Part shown: in pieces, positions 38,134-46,245 of the stretch
Numbering within the stretch: the first letter of the stretch is position 1
Layout of the letters: every line of letters starts with the position of its first letter
Assembly (NCBI GenBank): GCA_051294375.1
Contig: JBJCIZ010000886.1
Span: forward strand, 1 to 46,245
Source: Paraspadella gotoi
Lineage: Eukaryota; Animalia; Chaetognatha
Direction of reading: 5' to 3'
DNA: 46,245 nt
Made by a program: the position numbers and the translations under genes
The notes under the pieces: model-generated
Told to the model about the DNA's origin: nothing
Seen by the model: the letters and a program-made list of their open reading frames with translations, nothing else
Databases searched by the model: none

Positions 38134-39399
38134 TTAGGACTTATCGAGATGTTTCAGCACAAAACCTCCGGGATAACCGTAGCTTTTAGAGTTGTAGCTG
38201 GTCGTTCCGTATCCATACACTGTCACTCCGATCGTGTAACCGTCTTTTGCTTTCACCACATGAGTTCCGAAATTGACCTAAAAATCGTTTATTTAGGGAC
38301 ACACAGAATTTAAAACACTAAATAAGATTCCTTAAAAAACATTACAATATAGTTTCTAAAAATTAAAGAAATATAAAGAGAAGCAAATTTTATTATTGTT
38401 ACGAATAAAAAAAGCTTTTTTTTCCTCTGTATTAAAAACGCAACGAAACCAAAGTCGAAACAATTTCTACAAATAACCATAACCATAACCCAGATGCTCT
38501 TTTTGTCTCCCGTTTAAGAGAAATATTGTCAATATTATTGACTTTCGGCTCACTGTCCAATTCTTGTGATCATTCGGGATTTGACATTTGGATCAGACTC
38601 TTCAGACTAAATTTGTTTGGACAGCTTCTGTGCTTTTACATAATTACTCCGTGTTTCTTCTGCGATCACTTATGTTCTGTTATTTTTATTTATTGTTAGT
38701 AGTATTATTGTTTGATTATTATTATTGTCTGTATGAATATCTATATGCTTTGATTATTTTATTAAGGTACCATTAAATATCAAGACTCCAAGTGGATAAG
38801 AAACTTATAAACTTTACGGCGCCAGCGGTCCCGGTCTTCAGTCCAGTTTCTCTCCCGACGTCTTCTCCCTCTCCGCTAGGTCGAGGAGGGAGTTCTTCAA
38901 TTAACCAATTTTAAATTAATCTCACCTGTAAAACTACAGCATAATATTCAGAATCCGGCGCTTTTTTCCAACTCGCGCCGTCCGCATAAACCGTTTCATT
39001 GATCATTGCAAATTTATAGTTAGATACTATCTGTAATTGTATGAAAAAAAAGATTTTTCAAAGTTTAAATAGAAAATCTAGTAAAGTGTGTTATGTATTT
39101 ACCTGTATAAAGTGCTTAGTAGCGTATGATTCATCTATATATGGCATTATCACAGATATTTCCTTAGAAAATTGTTCTATGGCGGGTACAAGCATCATTG
39201 TAGGCATAAACGTTTCATCTGACTCTTTTTTGTATTTAGTAAATCGTACGACGAGGCAGGGCTTGAAGCAATGTATTACAATCAAATCTCCGGAAGAAAT
39301 GTCTGTCATTAAAAAGTAAACAAGTTTTTCTTTTTCCAATCAGTTAAATTCGCTCTTAATACCCACCCCAAAGCAAGTTGAAATTTTTAATTGTACTAT
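38134..39399 (-). pseudogene. IgGFc-binding-protein N-terminal-like domain gene, 3' exons (39103-39399, 38926-39030, 38134-38277); possibly a pseudogene
   Basis: Phase-0 GT-AG splicing gives ...PTMMLVPAIEQFSKE...HFIQ|IVSNYKFAMINETVYADGASWKKAPDSELYAVVLQ|VNFGTHVVKAKDGYTIGVTVYGYGTTSYNSKSYGYPGGFVLKHLDKS*. The P-x-M-x-x-VP-x-x-EQ, G-x-H, VYG and SYGYPGG motifs fit this domain. There is an in-frame TGA at 39340-39342, and no upstream exons were found. Confidence 0.7.
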
Positions 39400-39618
39400 C
39401 TAGGAAAAAAGTATGACATAATTCATTTATTCAATAAAAAGTATATAAAACATGGGTATTGGGTAAAATATTATGATGACATTCTCAATATTTGGTATAC
39501 CCTTCCTCAGCATTAATTACTGCTTGCCTTTGTTTGGGTATGCTCTTATACAGCAAATTGAGGTATTATAGCAACAGCCGGGTTGCCTGTGATGCCCATT
39601 GGGATGGGGCATCTCACT

Positions 39619-39699
39619 GTTAGCTTTGGGGGCTTCCGACCCTCAGTGACGCCTCCAGTCACTGGCGCGGTTACCCTAGGACGGTCTCGCTTTGCCAAC
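39619..39699 (-). ncRNA. P5-type twister ribozyme (TRIM-B 3' LTR)
   Basis: GUUGGC(P5)-AAA-GCGA(P2')-GA-CCG-UCCUAGGG(P1)-UAA-CCGC(P2)-GCC-AGUGAC/UGGAGGC/GUCACU(P3)-GA-GGG-UCGGAAGC-CCCC-AAA-GCUAAC(P5'). T1 is CGG/CCG and T2 is GC/GC. Confidence 0.75.
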
Positions 39700-40107
39700 G
39701 CAGAGGGAAGTCTTTAGGACTGTGGATGGAACACTACGCTTAGGATGGTGTGTTCCCCCTCTGAACCAATGTATTTGGCTGAAGGATGGTGGACGTGAGG
39801 CGGTATGAATATACCGCCACAGGATCCCTGGGCCAAGACATCACTCAGGTTCCTCAAGCCTGAGAGGTGTCTGACAAGACTGTTACCATAGTGGGAGAGA
39901 GAGAGAGAGCGCGAGATGTGGGGGCATAGGCGTTTGTCGTAGCGTACCCCAGGGGCATAGGCGTTTGTCGTAGCGTACCCGAAGTTGGCAGGGCATAGGC
40001 GTTTGTCGTAGCGTACCCTGAGAAGGTTGCGTGTTCGATAGTAGGGCTCACCACTTATGGCAACAGCCGGGTTGCCTGTGATGCCCATTGGGATGGGGCA
40101 TCTCACT

Positions 40108-40188
40108 GTTGGCTTTGGGGGCTTCCGACCCTCAGGGACGCCTCCATTCACTGGCGCGGTTACCCTAGGACGGTCTCGCTTTGCCAAC
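40108..40188 (-). ncRNA. P5-type twister ribozyme (TRIM-B 5' LTR)
   Basis: Same core with a perfect P5 (GUUGGC/GCCAAC) and two substitutions weakening P3. The predicted cut 40162/40161 is 489 nt from the other copy. Confidence 0.72.
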
Positions 40189-40559
40189 GCAGAGGGAAGT
40201 CGTTAGGACTGTGGATGGAACACTACGCCTGGGATGGTGTGTTCCCCCTCTGAGCCAATGTATTTGGCTGAAGGATGGTGGACGTGAGGCGGTGTGAATA
40301 TACCGCCACAGTATGACAGTAAAATGTTTGACATCTTTAACGCAATTCTGCGCAGCCCCGATATTAATGTTGCGAATCTTTCTTTCTTTTCTGAGAGCTA
40401 TAATAATATTTTTTAACCAGAAAGTGGTGCAAGGCCTTTAGCATTGTCAAATTAAAAAATTATTTAAAAAATCTTAAAAGCATAAAGATCGAGCCGCTTT
40501 CGGAGGCGGCCTCAGATATAATGGCTACGTCATGCGCAAACGACCAAAACTGGGAGGAC

Positions 40560-43500
40560 GGGAGATATTCAGGCATCTTTTGAAAATTTGTCAAAAAGAG
40601 GACAAAAGAAAAAAAAAAAAAAAAAAAAAAAAAAACTTACCCCTTTTTTTACTAACCCCCAATAAAATAACTGTATACAATCGAAATAGTCTCTTTTAAA
40701 TATTTTAAACGATTAGGTTAAATTATTTTTCATCTCAAAATTGAACAGACTTTTAAAGTTGCAGATCAATCGGAAAACTTTTACTATGTAAAATCATTTA
40801 AAGGAGAAAAAGTTTAATTTTTTGCAAAAAATCGATTTTTTTTAAAAAAGAAATAGATTAGGATGGAAATAATGTAAAAAAGGTTAAAGGTTACGACTGT
40901 GTTCATGTTGATGAGAGCGAGGGCAGAAGATTATCCTATGTCAACATGAACGCCTATATTTTAAAATGGGGGATCCAATATGTTGTAAGTTAGTCTCATA
41001 CCATCCTCAACCCCATATAGTATTCCCTGGAACGTGCTCGTCAGGCCGAACATTTGCTAAGTAATTTAGTTAAGTACTTAGTAAGTATGAAGGCCAAACT
41101 GTCGGCCGAACGTTGGCTTCATCCCTTTGGTTCTCACTACCTTCGGGGGCATGGCGGACCCTGGGATGCTCTTTCCTCAAACCTACACCTAAGAAAGACT
41201 TGCCAAACTCCAAGCAACGAATGCAGGCTTGGATATCGGCAAAACGCTCTAAGCACATTGTTTTGAGAGACTTTCTGTCTGCCCTTCAGTGCGGGAGAAT
41301 GGAACCTGCTGCTTCGCGAAGATCCTAGGTGATTGAGGTTGGCCGTCTCATGTGAGGCACAAAGTTTGCTTGCAACTTTGTCCCCCTGATCTCTTTTCGC
41401 CTCTTTTTTTATTTTCCTTCTTTGTTCACGTTTATTGTTGACATTAAGAGATATTTTTGCAACCATTTCCTCAATTATTTTGTTTGCCGATTTTCTTTTT
41501 CAGAAAAAAAAAAAACAGTTAATTTAGAAGATTTAGATGAAGTATGAAGTCATAACGGCTTATATTATTTTATATTTGGGCCTCTCCGGCGAACTGGTTG
41601 CTATTGTAATCTAAGAACATCTGGTCATGAAGTTATAAATCATCTCCCCAAAAGCTAGCGCTCAGGGTTCTGTAACCTACAGTGACTTACCCATGTCCAA
41701 CTGACCCAAGTATCTTCCCTGTCCAAGCTAATAATGAGTTTAACCCAGACTATCCTCGGAACACAGTTTTAGATTAACCAGAGCTATCTCATTTTACCTC
41801 TTTCATGTTTTTCTTTTTTTCTCTCCCCCTCCCTCTTTCTTTCTCTTTCAAATGAAAATGAAATGAATAAAAAAATGAAGAAAAAAAGAGATGAAGAAAA
41901 AATAAAAATAAAAAACGCAACAAAACATCAATTTTGTTTAACTAAACTATCAATCCATCAGTTAAAAGGACCAATAAGTTCATCATTGATCTCAATTGAT
42001 AGATGGTAATTCAATCATGCTCAATAACCAACCAATCAAATCCTATTGATTAGATAAATCCAATCACTAAATCAATCAGTCAAGAATCATGTATTGCAAT
42101 TAATCAAACACTCATTTATTCCATTTAATATTTCAGGAATTCATAAATTGGACCAATAGAAAGTGAGGGCCTGAAAAAATAAGTCTAAGAAGTGTAGAGA
42201 GAGAGAGAGAGAGAGAGTGTGTGAAAGAGAATTGTCCGTTTTCATTTGGTCATATTTTTCTTTTTCTATTCGTCGCCAGTTTCTTGACGACGGGCAATTA
42301 TTTAAATCTACTTTCCAAATTTTGTCCACTGCTTTTCCCAGTCCATTAATGAACCTTAGTGGAACGACGATCGTTGCGAAAATGTTGCTTTTTTAAGCGT
42401 TTTCGCCAACTTTTCTTACTGTTTTTGTCACAATTATATGCCACAATTTTTTACGACCAATATACATAATATATTACTCAAGACTCATCGTCAGAACCCC
42501 TTTTATTCGACGTGTTGAACGTCGGACGCCTGTGGGCCGCAAAAGCGTGAACATCAGAAGTATCTTTACCAGAAGAGAGAGAGAAGAGAAAGAAAGAAAG
42601 AAAGAACTATACTGATAACTGATTAATCTTAAGTACATAATGTACTCGCGTTCTCTTAGTCTATTTATCTGTAATTCTTTGTCTAAAAAATCAATAAAGT
42701 TGTAAAATTTATGAGTGATAGGAATAAGAACCAATAATTTCCTTTTACCCCTTGTTCTATGAATTGCGCTGAATTTAATCATGCCCCAGTTGATGCCAAC
42801 AGTTTATTGATAATTGATGGATTTAGAATGATGCGATTGATTGATGAATTGATTGATGGCCATTAATGGATCGGGATTGATTTATTGATAGCTGAACGGA
42901 AGTAGCTAACTGGGGGACGTCTTCTAGCGGAGTGGATGGAGGCTCAAAAAGGAAAAAGCACCCACCAGTTTTCTCTGCGGCGTCCAAGCGGGCCTTCAGC
43001 GTCCTTCTCAGACTCTGCACCAGGGTCAATCGTGGTGGGGACGAATCCGATAGGACCCATTTAAAATATAGATTCTGACAAGAATATGCTTTCTGCCCTC
43101 GCTCTCTTAACACACTTTTCGTAACTTTAACCTTTTTACATTACTTCATCTATCTATTTTAGTCGGATCTGCTTGCAGCAGATCCCGACTCTATAATTCC
43201 ACTTTGTCGGTCTGCCCCATCCAATCTGGTCAGAACATTGAATTATTTGATAAATTATTCAAAAAAAGAGATGCTGCCTCCATATGTCTGTCTGTCCGTG
43301 CCGACCATCCGTCCATATGTCCGCCCCACCTTAGCCCAAAAAACACCAATACTCGTTCATTCGGATGGATGAATGGAATGAAATTTTTGTGTGTGCGTAA
43401 GGGAGTGTGTGATTGAGCTGGATGATGAAGGTTTCGATAGAATCGTCTGGTGGGAAATGAGCTTGAAACTGGAAAAAAACAAAAAAAATATATTTTATCA

Positions 43501-44185
43501 TGATGGATGGCTATGCGATTTGACTTGAAATTTGTATCTTGGAGTAGAAAAAGTGCGTGATTTTTCAAACTGGAAATCAAGTTTCGATGAAATGATTAGT
43601 TTTTAAATGGAAAAAAACAAAAAACGCTGTTTCACTAATTGATTCATGCCTTCTTTTAACTTTATATAAATGTAAATGCCACAATGTATTAAAAAAATTA
43701 ACAAATAATTAATCAGTTAATCATCAATTAGTCAATTAATAATCAATTAATTAATTAATCAGTCAATTAATCAAAATAAACATTTCTGATCAAAAATTTC
43801 TAATTAAATTAAATAATTAACTTGAATTAAATTAATTATTAATTAATTTTAAATAATTAATTAAGCTTTAATTATTAATTATTAATTATTTAATTATTAA
43901 TTAACATTACCGGATGATAATCGTTGGGCAGATCCGACAATGGTTGCCTCAAACCTTATTTTTAAAAAATCGATTTTTTCCAAAATTAACATTCTCCTTA
44001 AAGATTTAATAGTAAAAGTTTTCCGATTGCATCTGAAACTTCAAAGACTGTTAATTTGTAATGAAAATATAACCTACTTTAAAATATAAAGGATTTTCGC
44101 ATTGTACAGTTTTTTATGTTGTTTAAAAACGGCGGCTATTTTTTTCTCTTTTTGACAAATTTCAAAATGCCATATCTCAGCCTTG
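40560..44185. mobile_element. Possible DNA transposon relic with long diverged inverted repeats
   Basis: About 40560-40897 is inverted relative to 43118-43158 plus 43957-44185. The interior has GC-richer ORF scraps with no motif I recognise. Confidence 0.35.
43158..43956 (-). mobile_element. Helentron/DINE-1-like repeat, near full-length and diverged
   Basis: ttttagtcggatctgcttgcagcagatcccgact at one end and gcagatccgacaatggttgcctcaaac at the other. Confidence 0.55.
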
Positions 44186-45249
44186 GATGATCTAATTACA
44201 AAAAAAATTTATATATTAGAATCCGTCTTAATCTCCTTTTAATAATAAATAAAAAAAATTTGAAATATGATAAGTAAAACAATACTTTTTTTTAAAGTAA
44301 TATCTTAAAAAATAATATCACAATTTGAAAAATAAGTATAGAAATGTCTCCAAAATAAAGCTTAAGTTAAAGCTTATACTATGTAGATTGTTAAAGCACT
44401 TAAAACCATAAAAAAAATACTATCCTAGTAAGGAATGAAATTGTTAGTAAAGTAGAAATCTTTAAATATGCAAAGAGATCTATTGCTTATTTTTAATATT
44501 AAATTTTGAGACACCACAGATAAAGTATGCTTTGGCTTATTTTGATGTTTAAAAAATTCAATCCCGTTCTCTGCCATATTTTTTAGGGTTAAAATGACAT
44601 TGGAATTCTGTTATTAAAATTTTGGACCTTGTGACAAAATTTTTTTTTTGAGATGACCGAAACTCATATATGTGTAGAGCTACGAAGGCCCAATCTAACA
44701 CTATAATATGAAAAGCATAATATGTCACTAATATAATAGTTATGACTGATTAAAAAAAATGACACATCTAAAATATTTCCCTTAGTAAATGGCGCTAATA
44801 AAACTGTTTCAAATTTTATTTCTCATATTCTGACAACAATCTCACAAACCCTTTTGAGCTATTTATATGTAAAATTTTAAAAGTGTACTACATTAAAAAT
44901 GACCAAGTTATGCAAACTTTAAAAAATTTTATTTTTTGGCCTATTTTTAAGTGGTTTTAAATTGTTCGATTTAAAATTTTATGCCAATTGGCAATAGACC
45001 AACGTTGAGACCTATTTTATGTTAAGATATCAGCCTCATTGGACGCAAAAAATATAAGAATTATTTGAATCCCTGGAAAAAGGACACCTACGCTTCCGCA
45101 CGCGCTACCGTGATATATTTAATCATTTTTAACTTGTTTTTTTAAATACATAATTTTATTTGAGCTTTGCTGAATGAACTATTTATAAATTAATTAAATA
45201 TGAAATATTAAATTTGACCTCGGTCTGGTTTCTTTCCTAAAAAAGAAAG

Positions 45250-45277
45250 AACAATCTTTTTCTCTCTATCTCTCTTT

Positions 45278-45318
<41 letters not shown>

Positions 45319-45699
45319 CTTCTTTCTCTCTCTTTTTTTTTCCTTCTAAAAAACTTTTATTATCGCCATTTATTCCGAGATTTTCGTGGATTTTTTCCTT
45401 CTAAAAACTTTTATTATCGCCATTATTATATTTTATCTCAATACAAAATCCCCAAAATACATATAACTTACTTTAACCTAGATTTCGTGGTCGTTGCGGA
45501 GCAACAAGTAAACAATGTCGAGGAACATGACCTAATATAACGCGTTACGTGTATAAAAAAAATCAACATAGACCCAATTTCACGACGCCGTTGGAGGCAA
45601 CGGATAACCGATAGTAAACGAGAGTGACCTAATAATGCGTCTCCGTTGGTGCGGAAAAAACTCTCTCTCTCTCTCTCTTTCTCACTCTCCCTCCCTCTT

Positions 45700-45732
<33 letters not shown>

Positions 45733-45938
45733 CCCTCTTCGTCTCTCTCTCTCTCTCTCTTTTTTTTCCTTCTAAAAACTTTTATTTCGCCATTTATTCG
45801 CGCTTTTTTCTCAATACAAAATCACAAATTTACATCCGAGATTTTCGTGGATTTTTTTTTCTAAAAATTCTGATTATTCTTTATATAAACGAGAAGGAAC
45901 CTAATAATGCGTTTTCGTTGCGGGACAAACTGTCCAGC

Positions 45939-45971
<33 letters not shown>

Positions 45972-46245
45972 TTCACTCATACACGCATTTTTTGTTTTAT
46001 TTACGATGAATGATTCAGCGCGTCAATGAATCACTATCATCGCATCAATGAATGACTATCATCGTATCAATGAATGATTATCATCATATCAATGAATGAC
46101 TATCACGCATCAAATCATTGATTATCATCACATCAGTCATTTTGTTATCATGCAATCAATTATTGGTTATCATCGCGTCAATATTTGGTTATCATCGCGA
46201 TCAAATATTTGGTTATCCATCGCATCAATATTTGGTTAAACTATC
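45250..46245 (-). repeat. (CT)n tracts and about 23-bp minisatellite family
   Basis: Reverse complement of the 18330-18830 family (tatcatcgcatcaatattTggt units). Confidence 0.7.

Larger units (their letters stand above)
39567..40310 (-). mobile_element. TRIM-like miniature LTR element (TRIM-B), candidate twister retrozyme
   Basis: 255-bp direct repeats at 40056-40310 and 39567-39821 (TG...TA on the minus strand). TSD GTAT at 39563-39566 and 40311-40314. PBS TGGTGAGCCC starts 2 nt inside the 5' LTR. The 234-bp interior has three 28-nt repeats. The PPT is weak. Confidence 0.9.
39485..40398 (-). mobile_element. Tc1-like transposase C-terminal remnant, split by TRIM-B
   Basis: Removing 39567-40310 and one TSD copy gives ...LSYLNLLYKSIPKQRQAVINAEEGYTKY*, which resembles the typical Tc1 ending (L..SMP.R..AVI.A.G..TKY). 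Confidence 0.65.

Noticed and set aside
39600-39670. HDV-like ribozyme (GCUAA/CAGUGA on the minus strand)
   Set aside because: There is no room for P3/L3/P1', and the motif is not conserved in the second LTR. The twister fold explains the region better.
39922-40018. CRISPR-like array of 28-nt repeats
   Set aside because: Spacers are only a few nucleotides long, there are no cas genes, and the context is a eukaryotic retroelement.
39714-40187. 157-aa ORF in TRIM-B
   Set aside because: It has a non-ATG start, runs through repeats and structured RNA, and shows no protein motif.

Overview
This is an AT-rich, repeat-dense eukaryotic region, probably from an invertebrate animal, with assembly gaps at 34744-34843 and 36927-36936. 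The main host gene is a minus-strand LIV-1-type zinc transporter (SLC39/ZIP). Five of its coding exons splice in frame (29266-29938, 27220-27442, 15028-15315, 4080-4335, 542-602), and the gene runs off the left end. A second minus-strand gene fragment at 38134-39399 encodes an IgGFc-binding-protein N-terminal-like domain and may be a pseudogene. The introns and intergenic DNA hold a degenerate Penelope-like element with hammerhead-bearing pLTR pieces, a 4-kb non-coding LTR element, two L1/Tx1-like LINE copies, hAT-like MITEs, many Helentron/DINE-1-like repeats, SINE-like repeats and satellites. The most striking observation is two sequence-distinct miniature LTR retroelements (TRIM-like; 28284-28964 on +, 39567-40310 on -). 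Each has a 4-bp TSD and a split tRNA-Trp-like primer site, and each LTR contains a P5-type twister-ribozyme-like fold whose pseudoknot bases covary between the two families. They look like animal LTR retrozymes using twister rather than hammerhead ribozymes and are predicted to release RNAs of about 400 and 489 nt that may circularise. All folds were derived by eye and are untested.
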